Assembly: GCA_047601445.1 (NCBI GenBank)
Contig: JASGJH010000001.1
Coordinates: 2,720,001-2,784,000 of the forward strand
Length of the DNA stretch: 64,000 nt
Direction: 5' to 3'
From: Myxococcales bacterium
Lineage (GTDB): Bacteria > Myxococcota_A > Polyangia > Polyangiales > DASUME01
The stretch's first letter is position 1; every line of letters starts with the position of its first letter. Shown in pieces: positions 29,231-39,688 of this stretch. The notes beneath the pieces are model-generated. The model was not told the DNA's origin, made no database searches, and was given only the letters and a program-made list of their open reading frames with translations. Both the position numbers and the translations under genes were made by a program.

Positions 29231-29958
29231 GGTGCACCTCGCTTGGCGCGCGCGAAGAGGCGCTCCTGCAGATGTTGCAGGCCGGCCCGCAGGCGCGACT
29301 TGACGGTGCCCGTGGGGATGCCCAGACGCGTGGCGATCTGGGAGGCGCTCTCATGGGCAAAGTAGGAGCCGCGAATGACCTCGGCCTGCTCGGCGCTGAG
29401 CTCCTCGAGGGCCGCATTCACGTGAGCTCCGAGCTGCAAGCTGGCGAGCGCGTCGTCGAGAGCCTCCCCGGCCGACTCCTGCGCATCGAGCACGCGCTCC
29501 TCGAGCTCAACGTAGCGCTGACGGCGCACGACATCGATGAAGCGGTTGCGGGCGATGCGAAAGATCCAGGTGGAGGGCGCGGCGAGCTCGGGTCGAAAGC
29601 TGGCTGCGTGGTGCCAGACACTCAAGAGCACGTCTTGCGCGAGATCCTCGGCCTGGGCCTCGCCCTGGCCACTGCGCAGGTAGTGGGCCTTGAGCCGAGG
29701 CGCATAGCGCCGGAAGAGCTCCTGGAACGCGGTACGGCTACGGCTTTGCCCGATGGCCTCGAGCAGCGCCGCATCGGACGTGGCCTCCGGCTCGGACGGT
29801 GAGCTAGCCCCCATTGTCCCTGCCGTAGCACTGCAGGCCAAGGCGAGGTAGGCCGCGGCCCCGCTCCGGCGCGGCGCCACCACAGCGTGGGGCGACGGGC
29901 GGTTCTGCGCGCTGCGGATAAGCGGGCTGCATGGGCTTGGCTGGGTCAGGGCAATCAC
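29227..29958 (-). CDS. rpoE: ECF sigma factor (RpoE of RpoE-ChrR type); start could instead be ATG 29814
   Basis: AEDLAQDV, STWIFRIARNRFID, LGIPTGTVKSRLR; stop overlaps chrR start. Confidence 0.9.
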   Translation of the reverse strand: MIALTQPSPCSPLIRSAQNRPSPHAVVAPRRSGAAAYLALACSATAGTMGASSPSEPEATSDAALLEAIGQSRSRTAFQELFRRYAPRLKAHYLRSGQGEAQAEDLAQDVLLSVWHHAASFRPELAAPSTWIFRIARNRFIDVVRRQRYVELEERVLDAQESAGEALDDALASLQLGAHVNAALEELSAEQAEVIRGSYFAHESASQIATRLGIPTGTVKSRLRAGLQHLQERLFARAKRGAP

Positions 29959-29974
29959 GGCCTTCCTGGGTGCA

Positions 29975-30000
29975 TACGCAGGAGACCGGCCATCGGATCG
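29975..30000 (-). promoter_or_regulatory. autoregulatory RpoE(ChrR)-type promoter
   Basis: Minus strand CGATCC-N16-CGTA; matches the TGATCC...CGTA consensus of RpoE-ChrR systems. Confidence 0.65.
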
Positions 30001-30031
30001 AAGCTTCCCGGGGTCGTTCGAGGGAGGTGCT

Positions 30032-31363
30032 TCAGTCGCCGGCGCGACCGGTAACCACCTGAACCTCTAGCTCCTGGAGCGGCGGCGACCAGTGGGCCAA
30101 CTCGACGGGCGCCTGTTGCCCGTTGCGGATATCGCGCATCTCGGGCTGCTTCTCCCCGAGGAACAGCACGTAGGGAATGCCTTTGCGTTCGGCGTAGCGG
30201 ATTTGCTTTCCGAACTTTGCGGGCGAGTGGAAGACCTCGGTTGCGATGTTGCGAGACCGCAGTTCCTTGGCGGTATCGTAGGCGCGCGCGCGATCGGCTT
30301 CGCTCGCCAGGGTGATGAGCACCACGGTGGGCGTGGGGCGGGAGGGGGCAATAGCGTTCTTGGCGAACAGGAGCCCCAGGATGCGGGAAATGCCGAGCGA
30401 GACACCCACTCCCGGCAACTTCACCTTGTCGTCAGAGGCGAGATTGTCGTAGCGCCCCCCGGAACAGACCGCGCCGAGCTGCGGGTGCTCGAGCAAGACG
30501 CCCTCGTAGACGGTGCCCGTGTAGTAGTCGAGGCCGCGCGCGATGTGCAGATCGGCGATGGCGGCGTCGTCCGGGAGCCCCTGCAGCATGCCCATCACGG
30601 TCTCGAGTTCGCTCAAGCCTTCCTCGAGCAACGGATGACTCTGTCCGAGTGCCCGCACCTCGGCCACGGCTTGGGCGCCAGGGCCACGGATGCGCGCAAG
30701 CGCGAGGCACGCGTCGGCCTGGGCTTCGCTCAGCCCGTTTTCGGAGACGAGCGCCTTGCGCACGCCGTCTTCGCCGATCTTGTCGAGCTTGTCGACGCTG
30801 CGCAGGACGTCGATGATGTTGTCGAGGCCGAGCGAGCGATAGAAGCCCTCGAGCACCTTGCGGTTGTTGATGCGCAGTTGGATCTTGGGAATCGGCAGCG
30901 AGCTGACTACCTCGTGCAGCAAAAGCGCCATCTCGGCGTCGAAGTGCACGGGGAGCTCGCCATCGCCGATGACGTCGATGTCCGCCTGGTAGAACTCACG
31001 GTAGCGTCCTTGCTGGGGACGCTCACCACGCCAGACCTTTTGGATCTGATAGCGCTTGAAGGGAAAGACCAGCGTGCCGCGGTGCTGGCTCACGTAGCGC
31101 GCGAACGGCACGGTGAGATCGAAGTGCAGGCCGAGGTCCGCGTCCTCGCTGTCCTCGGCATGGAGGCGCTTGAGCACGTAGATCTCTTTGTCGCTAGCCC
31201 CCTTCTTGAGCAGCACGTCGAGCGGCTCGACGGCGCGCGTCTCGAGGGACGTGAAGCCGAACAGCTCGAACTTGCGCCGAACCTGATCGAGCAAGCGTTG
31301 CTCCACGAGGCGCTGCTCGGGGAGCCATTCGGGGAATCCGGTCAGGGCAGTGATCTTGGCCAT
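30032..31363 (-). CDS. hisS: histidine--tRNA ligase
   Basis: FDLTVPFARY, WRGERPQQGRYREFYQ, RGLDYYTG, GGRYD. Confidence 0.97.
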   Translation of the reverse strand: MAKITALTGFPEWLPEQRLVEQRLLDQVRRKFELFGFTSLETRAVEPLDVLLKKGASDKEIYVLKRLHAEDSEDADLGLHFDLTVPFARYVSQHRGTLVFPFKRYQIQKVWRGERPQQGRYREFYQADIDVIGDGELPVHFDAEMALLLHEVVSSLPIPKIQLRINNRKVLEGFYRSLGLDNIIDVLRSVDKLDKIGEDGVRKALVSENGLSEAQADACLALARIRGPGAQAVAEVRALGQSHPLLEEGLSELETVMGMLQGLPDDAAIADLHIARGLDYYTGTVYEGVLLEHPQLGAVCSGGRYDNLASDDKVKLPGVGVSLGISRILGLLFAKNAIAPSRPTPTVVLITLASEADRARAYDTAKELRSRNIATEVFHSPAKFGKQIRYAERKGIPYVLFLGEKQPEMRDIRNGQQAPVELAHWSPPLQELEVQVVTGRAGD

Positions 31364-31424
31364 GCGGGCGCAAAACTGGCACGAAGTCGCGGGCTTTCAA
31401 CCCCCCTCCCCTGCTCTGTTTTCG

Positions 31425-31961
31425 TCAGTCATCCCCCGCGTCCGACAGATCGGGGAAGAGCACCTCGGTGAAGCCGAAGCGGGAAAAATCGCGGATCCGC
31501 ATGGGATAGAGCTTGCCGATCACGTGATCGCACTCGTGCTGCACCACGCGGGCGTGAAACCCCTCGGCGCGGCGATCGATGGGCATGCCCTCGGGGTCGA
31601 AGCCGCGGTAGCGGATGCGGGTCCACCGCGGCACCACCCCGCGCATCCCCGGCACCGACAAACAGCCCTCCCAGCCGTCTTCTTCCTCGTCGGATTCCGG
31701 CTCGATGATGGGGTTGAGGAGCACCGTGCGTGGCACCGCAGGGGCCTCCGGATAGCGTTCGCTATGCTGGAAGCCGAAGATCACGAGGGCCAAATCGACG
31801 CCGATTTGCGGAGCCGCCAGGCCCACTCCCCGGGCAGCCTCCATGGTCTCGAACATGTCAGCGATGAGCTCGCGCAGCTCGGGCGTGCCGAAGCGTTCGA
31901 CGGGCTGGGCCACCCGCAACAGCCGAGGGTCTCCCATCTTCAAGATTTCGCGTACCGCCAT
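31425..31961 (-). CDS. def: peptide deformylase
   Basis: [21 protein letters not shown]; start trimmed to [12 protein letters not shown]. Confidence 0.97.
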   Translation of the reverse strand: MAVREILKMGDPRLLRVAQPVERFGTPELRELIADMFETMEAARGVGLAAPQIGVDLALVIFGFQHSERYPEAPAVPRTVLLNPIIEPESDEEEDGWEGCLSVPGMRGVVPRWTRIRYRGFDPEGMPIDRRAEGFHARVVQHECDHVIGKLYPMRIRDFSRFGFTEVLFPDLSDAGDD

Positions 31962-32056
31962 GGCGGGATCCGTCTCCTCTCGGGCTAGCGTGGGCCAAAG
32001 GCGCGGCGCTGACAACGGCGCTCGTCAGCCCGCCGGGGCCTTGCTAGCCTGCTCTC

Positions 32057-32671
32057 ATGTACAGCGGCATCACGCGCGGTCTGTTCCCAGTCGTCCACGT
32101 GGAGAAACGCAGCGGTGTCACGCGTTTCGACGTGGAGCTCAGCGCGGCCCTCGCGCAGGGTGCGGAGCTAGGTGCCAGCATCGCGATCGACGGCGTCTGC
32201 TGCACGGTGATGGCGCTCACCGGCCAGCGCGTGGGCTTCGAAGCCATGGCCGAGACCCTCTCGCTCACCACGCTCGACGAACTCAGTGTGGGACGGCGCG
32301 TGAGCGTGGAGCGCTCCTGTCGCGTGGGCGACGAACTCGGGGGCCACGATGTGTTCGGGCACATCATCGGGACCGGACGGGTGATGGCGAAGGCCTTCGT
32401 GGGAGAGCAGCTCGACCTCAGCATCGGCGTGCCCGCGGCCTGGATGAAGTACGTTTCTGCCAAGGGATTCGTCGCCCTCGACGGCTCGAGCCTCACGGTG
32501 GGCGAGGTCCGCGCGGACGGCTTCGATGTCCACCTGATCCCGGAGACGCAGCGACTCACCAACTTCGCCAACAAGGAGGTGGGACAGCGCGTGAACGTGG
32601 AGCTGGATCCGCGCACCGTAGCCATCGTGGACACGGTGGAGCGCGTGCTCAAGGAGCGGGGCCTCGGCTGA
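32057..32671 (+). CDS. ribE: riboflavin synthase (alpha chain)
   Basis: MYSGI N-terminus (cf. MFTGI), SIAIDGVCCTV, GGH..GH, DGSSLTV, VNVELD. Confidence 0.93.
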   Translation: MYSGITRGLFPVVHVEKRSGVTRFDVELSAALAQGAELGASIAIDGVCCTVMALTGQRVGFEAMAETLSLTTLDELSVGRRVSVERSCRVGDELGGHDVFGHIIGTGRVMAKAFVGEQLDLSIGVPAAWMKYVSAKGFVALDGSSLTVGEVRADGFDVHLIPETQRLTNFANKEVGQRVNVELDPRTVAIVDTVERVLKERGLG

Positions 32672-32689
32672 CGTGCCCGTGACCCGCGC

Positions 32690-32705
32690 TGGCACGGTGT
32701 TCGCT
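32690..32705 (+). promoter_or_regulatory. putative sigma54 (-24/-12) promoter
   Basis: TGGCACG-GTGT-TCGCT, one mismatch to TGGCACG-N4-TTGCW, just upstream of the wHTH gene. Confidence 0.55.
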
Positions 32706-32718
32706 CTCACGCACGAGC

Positions 32719-33363
32719 ATGACGCCTAGCCTCGAGTCCAACCTGCGAGCCAAGCTCCACCGCATCATCGATGAAGTCTTCGCTGCCACTACGGACGGTG
32801 CAGCGGGCAGCGAACCTCTCGCTGGCGCAGCTCCCGTGGGGGAGGAGCGTGAGCGTGCCGAGGCCCTGCTCTCGCGCTTGCGCCGGCTCGCACCCGCGCT
32901 GGGCGAAGGCGAGGTCGAAAGCCCGATTCGACTGGGCGAGTTGACGGTCGACTTGGCGGGCCACGAGGTCTTCGTATCGGGTCGTCGGATTCCGCTGACG
33001 CACCGTGAATTTGGGCTCCTGCGGCACCTGGCCGTCAACCGAGGGCGCGCCTGCTCGCGCGAGGAGCTGGTGTTGAACGTGTGGGCCGACCGCGAGCTGA
33101 CATCGCTGCGCACGGTGGACATCCACGTACATCGCCTGCGCCACAAGCTCGGACCTTGCTTCAGCGAGCACCTCGAGACGCTGCGCAACGTGGGTTACAA
33201 GCTGCGCGTGGCGGTCTGGCACAAGGAAGCGCCCCAGGAAGCGCGCCCCCGGCGCGTACCGGTGCGCAACGCTGCGCACCATGAGTTGAGCGCGCTAGAT
33301 CTGCCCCGCGCCTACGCCGATGCACCTGCAAATCTCACGGCCAGCCTTGGCCCAGCGCCGTGA
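32719..33363 (+). CDS. OmpR/PhoB-type winged-helix DNA-binding protein lacking a recognisable receiver domain
   Basis: LTHREFGLL, SREEL..VW, RTVDIHVHRLRHKL, ETLRNVGYKL. Confidence 0.85.
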   Translation: MTPSLESNLRAKLHRIIDEVFAATTDGAAGSEPLAGAAPVGEERERAEALLSRLRRLAPALGEGEVESPIRLGELTVDLAGHEVFVSGRRIPLTHREFGLLRHLAVNRGRACSREELVLNVWADRELTSLRTVDIHVHRLRHKLGPCFSEHLETLRNVGYKLRVAVWHKEAPQEARPRRVPVRNAAHHELSALDLPRAYADAPANLTASLGPAP

Positions 33364-33399
33364 CCCGTCGCGGCTGCGCGCTCGGAGGTCGTCGACTGA

Positions 33400-34206
33400 T
33401 TAGACACCGTGTTCGCGAAGCCAGCGCTTCAGGCGCTCGAATGCGTCGTCCGCCGCCGCCTTGCGATAGCTCGGCCGATAGTCCGCGTAGAAAGCGTGAG
33501 GCGCGTCCGGATACACCTCGATCTCCGAATCGACGCCGAGATTCGACAATGCCGTGCGCATGCGCTCGACGCTCTCCAGCGGGATGCTCGAGTCTGCGCC
33601 CCCGTAGAGTCCCAGCACCGGTACGCGCAGCTTCTGCACGGCGTCGATGGGGTGCTCGGGTTGCAAGGGCGAGTGATCCCCGACGAGCCGGCCGTACCAG
33701 GCCACGGCGGCCTTCAGCGCGGGTTGATGGGCTGCATAGAGCCAGGTGATGCGCCCACCCCAGCAAAAGCCCGTGACTGCCAGCCGTTTGCCGTCGGCCC
33801 CCTGCTGAGCCGCCCAGTCTGCGCACGCATCGAGATCCGAAAGCACCTGAGCATCGGGCACCTTCGCCACGACCTGACGGATGGCGTCGATGCTCGGCAA
33901 GTGCGAGACGTCCCCCTGGCGAAAGTAGAGCTCGGGAGCCACCGCAAAGTACCCGAGTTTGGCGAGCCGACGCGCCACGTCTTTGATGTGCTCGTGGACG
34001 CCGAAGATCTCCTGCACGACGAGCACCACCGGTACGCCCTCGACCTCGCTAGGAGCAGCCCGATAGGCCGGAAACTCTCCTTGCCTGCTGGGGATGGTGA
34101 CCATGCCCTCGAGCAGTCCCGCGCTGTCGGTGTGAACGCGCGTGCCCTCTACGACAGGTTGCACTGCTGCAGAAAACCCAGGCTGTCGCCCCTTGTCCTC
34201 GGCCAT
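33400..34206 (-). CDS. dienelactone hydrolase family protein
   Basis: QEIFGVHEHI, GFCWGG nucleophile, GGAD, HAF. Confidence 0.93.
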   Translation of the reverse strand: MAEDKGRQPGFSAAVQPVVEGTRVHTDSAGLLEGMVTIPSRQGEFPAYRAAPSEVEGVPVVLVVQEIFGVHEHIKDVARRLAKLGYFAVAPELYFRQGDVSHLPSIDAIRQVVAKVPDAQVLSDLDACADWAAQQGADGKRLAVTGFCWGGRITWLYAAHQPALKAAVAWYGRLVGDHSPLQPEHPIDAVQKLRVPVLGLYGGADSSIPLESVERMRTALSNLGVDSEIEVYPDAPHAFYADYRPSYRKAAADDAFERLKRWLREHGV

Positions 34207-34259
34207 CCTGTACCCCCTCCCTGCCCTCGCGTCCTTGCCCTCACGCCGTTGCCCTCACC

Positions 34260-35027
34260 TCACACGGAGCCCGAGCTTCCTCCATCCACGTTGATGGCCA
34301 CGCCCGTCACGTAGCTCGCTGCCTCGGAAGCGAGGAAGGCGACCACGTTCGCCACCTCCTCGGCCTCTCCCACGCGCCCCAGGGGGATGTCCTTGCCGAG
34401 ATCCTTGTAGTGAGCGTCCACCTCGAGCCCACGCGCGGCGCCCATGCGCTCTTGCTGCGCGCTCTTGATCATGCCCACGCAGACCGTGTTCACCAGGATG
34501 CGGTGTTCGGCGAGCTCCTTGGAGAGCGCCTTGGTGAGGGCGATGCCAGCCGCGCGGCTGACCGAGGTCGGAAAGGATCGGGCCGGCGGGTGCTTGCCGG
34601 CTGGCGTGGTGATGTTGATGATGCGCCCGCCGCGCAGCCTGAGCTGCGGCAGGGCCGCGCGGATGGTGCGCACGGCGGCAAACAACTTGAGATCCAGATC
34701 AGCTTGCCAGAGCTCGTCGTCAGCGCCCTCGAAGGGTTTCGCGTTCGAGGTGCCCGCATTGTTCACCAGGATGTCGAGCCTGCTGAAGCGCTTCACTGTT
34801 TGCTCGATGAGGCGCTCCACGTCGGCGACCTGCGTGACGTCTGCGGCGACCGCCACGACCTCGCCGCTCTCGCGCAGCTCCTCGGCAGCCCGTTCCAACA
34901 CATCGCTCCGGCGCGCGGCGATGACGACCTTGGCGCCTTCCTGGGCCAACTTGCGTGCCGTGGCCTTGCCGATGCCTTCGCTGCCGCCCGTAATCAGAGC
35001 GACCTTGCCAGAGAGACCTAGTTCCAT
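34260..35027 (-). CDS. short-chain dehydrogenase/reductase
   Basis: [24 protein letters not shown]; catalytic YxxxK replaced by TSVSR. Confidence 0.92.
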   Translation of the reverse strand: MELGLSGKVALITGGSEGIGKATARKLAQEGAKVVIAARRSDVLERAAEELRESGEVVAVAADVTQVADVERLIEQTVKRFSRLDILVNNAGTSNAKPFEGADDELWQADLDLKLFAAVRTIRAALPQLRLRGGRIINITTPAGKHPPARSFPTSVSRAAGIALTKALSKELAEHRILVNTVCVGMIKSAQQERMGAARGLEVDAHYKDLGKDIPLGRVGEAEEVANVVAFLASEAASYVTGVAINVDGGSSGSV

Positions 35028-36325
35028 GCGTTTTCCCCGCTCGGCACCGCCAACGCGGGCCCACGTGCCAACTCCCCCTCGAGTGTTGGGCGATCGATCT
35101 CCTTCGTCCAGTGGGCGATGATTAGCGTCGCCACTGCGTTCCCGATCAGATTCGTGAGAGCTCGCGCCTCGGACATGAAACGGTCGATTCCCAGGATTAA
35201 AGCCAGGCCCGCGACCGGCACCGTACCCACCGACGACAACGTTGCGGCCAACACGATGAAGCCGCTGCCCGTGACCCCTGCAGCTCCCTTGGAGGTCAGC
35301 AGCAACACGGCCAACAGCGTGATCTGCTGCGTCAGCCCGAGCGGGGTGTCGGTGGCTTGGGCCACGAAGACCGCGGCCATCGTGAGGTAGATGGACGTGC
35401 CGTCGAGGTTGAACGAGTAGCCGGTAGGAATCACCAGCCCCACCACGGACTTGCTCGCGCCGAGCTTCTCGAGCTTGCTGATCATGCGCGGGAGCACCGA
35501 CTCCGAAGACGACGTGCCGAGTACGATGAGCAGCTCCTCACGTAGATAGCGCAACAGGCGCCACAGGCTGAACCCGTGCAGGCGCGCGATGGCACCCAAC
35601 ACGCCGAAGATGAACAGCAGACACGTCACGTAGAACGCCGCCATCAACTTGCCGAGTGAGAGCAGGGAACCCACGCCGTACTTGCCGATGGTGAAGGCCA
35701 TGGCGGCGAAGGCGCCGATGGGTGCCAGACGCATGATGAAGCCGACGATCACGAAGAGGACCTGCGACAGCCGCTCGACCAGCTCGAATAGGGACTTGCC
35801 GCGCTCGCCGAGGGTGTGCAGGGCGAAGCCGAACAACACTGCCAACAGGAGGACTTGCAGAATCTCGCCCTTGGCGAAGGCGTCGACGATGGTGGTGGGG
35901 ATGACGTTGAGCAGGAACTCCGTGGTGCTCCCGAGTTTGCCGGGCGCCGCATAGGCATCGAGGCCCGAGGTGTCGAGGCTGCGCGGATCGATGTGCATGC
36001 CCTGCCCGGGCTTGGCCAGGTTCACCACCGCGAGCCCCACCATCAGCGCGATGGTGCTGACGACCTCGAAGTACATCAGGGCCAGGGCGCCGGTCTTGCC
36101 GACGCGTTTCATGTCCTTCATCCCCGCGATGCCCGTGACCACCGTGCAAAAGATGATGGGCGCGATGGTCATTTTGATGAGCTTGATGAAGGCATCGCCC
36201 AGGGGCTTCATCGCGGCACCGCCGCTCGGTGAGAGCCAGCCGAGTGCCACGCCGAGCGCGATGGCGAGCAGGACCTGCACGTAGAGGCGACCGGAGCTCG
36301 AGCGCGGAGGAGTGGCTGCAGTCAC
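35018..36325 (-). CDS. dctA: C4-dicarboxylate:H+ symporter (DAACS family)
   Basis: [60 protein letters not shown] start at 36325. Confidence 0.95.
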   Translation of the reverse strand: MTAATPPRSSSGRLYVQVLLAIALGVALGWLSPSGGAAMKPLGDAFIKLIKMTIAPIIFCTVVTGIAGMKDMKRVGKTGALALMYFEVVSTIALMVGLAVVNLAKPGQGMHIDPRSLDTSGLDAYAAPGKLGSTTEFLLNVIPTTIVDAFAKGEILQVLLLAVLFGFALHTLGERGKSLFELVERLSQVLFVIVGFIMRLAPIGAFAAMAFTIGKYGVGSLLSLGKLMAAFYVTCLLFIFGVLGAIARLHGFSLWRLLRYLREELLIVLGTSSSESVLPRMISKLEKLGASKSVVGLVIPTGYSFNLDGTSIYLTMAAVFVAQATDTPLGLTQQITLLAVLLLTSKGAAGVTGSGFIVLAATLSSVGTVPVAGLALILGIDRFMSEARALTNLIGNAVATLIIAHWTKEIDRPTLEGELARGPALAVPSGENAWN

Positions 36326-36396
36326 CCCCGAGATGTCGCTCGCTTTGGCCCGCTTTGCAAGACCTCCCGGTGAGGCTCCTGGTCTGTCGATCCTGC

Positions 36397-37605
36397 CTAA
36401 AGGGCCCGTCGGGGCGGAAGCGCGCTGGCGGACACGAGCAAGCCCGTGGCGAGCGCGACGGCGATCACGGCCACCGAGAACGCGCTGCGCACCCCCTCGA
36501 GCGGCTGCTCGGTCCACAGGGCACTCACGCTTTGAAAGCCGAGGCTCCCGGGGAGCAGCACGAACATGCCCGGAACGATGGTGAGCAGGGCTGGTCGATG
36601 GAGCCAACGCGCCACCGCGTTGCCGAACACGCCCACGCTCAGGGCGCCGATGAAGGCCCCGAGTTCGATGCCCACGAGGCTCGTGCCGAAGCGCGAGCTG
36701 AAGAACCCGATCACGCCTGCAGCCAGTGCCCAGGGCAGGTCACGTCGACCAATCTTCAGCTGAAACGTGAGGGCCAGCATGGCGGGCAGCAGCAGGACGC
36801 ATTGCAGCAAGAAGGGCAACGCGCGGTGCGGGTGGCTGCGCAGGGATTCGTCGAGCAGGCGCGCGAGCTGCGAGCCGAGCGCCACCCCGAACATGAGCTG
36901 CACGAACACCATGGCCGCCGAGACCAGCCGCGAAGTGCCGGCGAGCAAATCTTTGGAGGCGAGTTCCTCGCTGGCGATCACCAAGGTCAAGCCTGGCAGC
37001 AGCGGGAGGAGCGCCGCCAGGTTCGCGACCTGCGGAGAGATGGGGCCGAACAGGGCGGCGCACCCCACCACGGACGCGCCGACCAACGCCGCCGCCAACG
37101 CCACGAACTCATGGTTCAAGCGGCCCCAGCGCTGGGTCGCCACGCTCAGGCACGCCACGAGTCCACCGGCCACCGTCGCAGCGGCCGCTTCGTACAGCCC
37201 GCCGCCCAGCAAGAACCCCCAGCTCCCCGCGCCGACGGCGCGCACCAGCACGCTGCGCAGATGACGAGGCGGAGGCAGCTCGGCGCGTAGATTGAGGATG
37301 CGCTCGTGAAGCTCGTGGCTATCGAACTCGCCGTGCATGAATGCCTCCACGATGCCGTCGAGGCGGGACAACTTGCCCAGGTCGAGGTCACGGGGTTCGA
37401 CGCGGGCGAGTGCGGTCTGCAAGTGCGTCAGGGGCCCGAAAGACACGATCAAGCAGGTGACCGTGGCAAACACTTGAATCTTCATGGACAGCTTGACTGC
37501 CACGCGAAGCAGCGTGTTCTCGAGGCGGCGGGCAGGCGTGCCGTAGGCGTTGAGAGCCTTTCCGAGCTCCAAAATCAGGGCTATTTCTACTTCGGGTCGA
37601 GCCAT
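36397..37605 (-). CDS. threonine/serine exporter family (ThrE, fused DUF1212-type) protein
   Basis: [47 protein letters not shown]; ~10 TM helices. Confidence 0.88.
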   Translation of the reverse strand: MARPEVEIALILELGKALNAYGTPARRLENTLLRVAVKLSMKIQVFATVTCLIVSFGPLTHLQTALARVEPRDLDLGKLSRLDGIVEAFMHGEFDSHELHERILNLRAELPPPRHLRSVLVRAVGAGSWGFLLGGGLYEAAAATVAGGLVACLSVATQRWGRLNHEFVALAAALVGASVVGCAALFGPISPQVANLAALLPLLPGLTLVIASEELASKDLLAGTSRLVSAAMVFVQLMFGVALGSQLARLLDESLRSHPHRALPFLLQCVLLLPAMLALTFQLKIGRRDLPWALAAGVIGFFSSRFGTSLVGIELGAFIGALSVGVFGNAVARWLHRPALLTIVPGMFVLLPGSLGFQSVSALWTEQPLEGVRSAFSVAVIAVALATGLLVSASALPPRRAL

Positions 37606-37980
37606 GTCGTCTCGTTGGGGCAGCGTCGTCCGTTGCAGCAACTGCGCCGGTCCTTGTGCGAGAGCGTGTGCGGGGGACCGCCGGCAAGCAGTGAGCGCCG
37701 TGCACGCCCGTCATTCGACCGGGTCGCTGCGGAAGGTGCGAGTGCGCGCTCTAGCGGCGGAGCTACCGGTGTTCAGATAGGAGTCAGCGAGCCGAAGCTA
37801 GCGCCACGCCAACCCGGTGACGTGCATGTTGGAGTCCGTGACCACTGCTGCGTCGAGAGCCCGAAGCGGCACTCTGGAGCGTGCCGCTCCTCGCACGCCT
37901 GTGGCCGTCTCGATGCCCACCAGCTGGCGCCGTGTCTTCACTTGCCCGCCGCGGGCCTTCGCTCGGCCAGAGGTATCTGC

Positions 37981-39612
37981 ATGACCATCCACCAGCGCCC
38001 GTCGCCCATCTTGAAGCGCCCCGAGCTGAGCCCCTTCGAGCTCAAGGACGAGCTGATCCACTTCGCCAAGGACTACTCACAGCGCAAGTCGGCGACGCAC
38101 GCCTTCTTGAATGCCGGGAGAGGCAACCCCAACTGGGTCGCCACCACGCCTCGCGAGGCGTTCTTCTTGCTCGGGCAATTCGCGCTCGACGAGAGCAAGC
38201 GGATCTGGAACGAGCCCGACATCGGCGGCATGCCGCACGCCGAAGGAGCCGCCGTACGACTGCGCGAGTTCATGCGCCGGGTGCCCCAGACGGAGGGCGC
38301 GGACCTGCTACAGCGTGGGCTCGACTACGCCGTCACCGAGCTCGGCTTCGACGCCGACAACTTCGTGCATGAGCTGGTGGACTCCATCGTCGGCGACAAC
38401 TACCCCGAGCCCGACCGCATGCTGCATCACGCGGAGGCCGTGGTGCACCGCTACTTGATGAAGGAGATGTGCGACGACCGACCGCCCTCGGGCAAATACG
38501 ATCTATTTGCGGTGGAAGGTGGCACGGCTGCCATGTGTTACGTGTTCCGCAGCTTGATGGAGAACGGCATCCTCGAGCGCGGGGACACCATCGCCCTCGG
38601 GGTGCCAATCTTCACGCCCTATCTCGAGATCCCACGCCTCAACGACTACGGTCTCGACGTGGTGGAGATCCATCAATGCGAGATGCCCGACGGCCAAAAC
38701 GCCTGGCAATACCCGGACAGCGAGCTCGACAAGCTGCTCGACCCCAGGATCAAGGCGTTCTTCATCGTAAACCCGTCGAATCCTGCGTCGTTTGCGGTGT
38801 CCGACCACTCGCACCGCTATCTCGCCAACCTGATCCGGGCCGCGCGTCCGGATCTGATCATCTTGACCGACGATGTGTACGGCACCTTCGTGCCTGGCTT
38901 CCGCTCGTTCGCTGCGGAGATGCCGCGCAACACCATCCTGGTCTATTCTTACTCCAAGCACTTCGGCTGCACGGGCTGGCGACTCGGCGTGGTGGCACTA
39001 CACGAGGACAACGTGATCGACGACCTTTTGGCCCGACAATCGTCACGCCAGAAGGCTCGCTTGCGTCAGCGCTACGGAACCATCAGCGAGTCTCCGGACA
39101 ACATCAAGTTCATCGATCGGCTGGTGGCCGACAGCCGCGACGTGGCGCTCAACCACACCGCCGGACTGTCGCCGCCTCAGCAGGCCCAGATGACCCTGTT
39201 CTCGCTGTTCGCGCTGCTGGACTGGGAAGATCGGTACAAGCGACGCTGCCGCGCCATCGTCGCGGAACGTCTGGGCGCCCTCGAGCGCGGCCTCGGCGTG
39301 CAGGTGCCGAAGAGTCCATTGCGGGCCGGCTACTACGTAGAGCTCGATCTCGAAGCCTGGGGACGCAAGGCCGCCGGCGAGGAGTTCTTGCTCTACGTGG
39401 CCCAGCACAGCGAGCCCCTGGATATCGTGATCACGCTGGCGCGCCAGCACGGCACCGTGTTGCTGAACGGGAGTGGCTTCGATGGCCCCGCCTGGTCGGC
39501 GCGCGTCTCTCTCGCGAACTTGAACGCGGACGAGTACGAAGCCATCGGCCGTGATTTGGCGGAGATCTGTCGGCAGGCGTTGGAGCGCTGGAAGCGCCAC
39601 GAAGCGCACTAG
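37981..39612 (+). CDS. aspD: aspartate 4-decarboxylase / aspartate transaminase (PLP)
   Basis: LSPFELKDELI, NAGRGNPNW, EGGTAAM, VNPSNP, DDVYGTF, SYSKHFGCTGWRLG, LNHTAGLS; true start ATG 37981. Confidence 0.95.
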   Translation: MTIHQRPSPILKRPELSPFELKDELIHFAKDYSQRKSATHAFLNAGRGNPNWVATTPREAFFLLGQFALDESKRIWNEPDIGGMPHAEGAAVRLREFMRRVPQTEGADLLQRGLDYAVTELGFDADNFVHELVDSIVGDNYPEPDRMLHHAEAVVHRYLMKEMCDDRPPSGKYDLFAVEGGTAAMCYVFRSLMENGILERGDTIALGVPIFTPYLEIPRLNDYGLDVVEIHQCEMPDGQNAWQYPDSELDKLLDPRIKAFFIVNPSNPASFAVSDHSHRYLANLIRAARPDLIILTDDVYGTFVPGFRSFAAEMPRNTILVYSYSKHFGCTGWRLGVVALHEDNVIDDLLARQSSRQKARLRQRYGTISESPDNIKFIDRLVADSRDVALNHTAGLSPPQQAQMTLFSLFALLDWEDRYKRRCRAIVAERLGALERGLGVQVPKSPLRAGYYVELDLEAWGRKAAGEEFLLYVAQHSEPLDIVITLARQHGTVLLNGSGFDGPAWSARVSLANLNADEYEAIGRDLAEICRQALERWKRHEAH

Positions 39613-39688
39613 TTCGGGCGCACGAGAGCGAACACTTCCCAAGTAAGGCCCCGAGTCTGCGCGTCGTAAGGCGGCACACCGCGTGCAC

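Noticed and set aside
31377..31391. TGGCACG sigma54-like motif between hisS and def
   Set aside because: No GC at the -12 position and wrong orientation for the flanking genes.
37306..37980. 225-aa N-terminal extension on aspartate decarboxylase (768-aa ORF)
   Set aside because: Overlaps the divergent ThrE gene; family similarity starts at ATG 37981.
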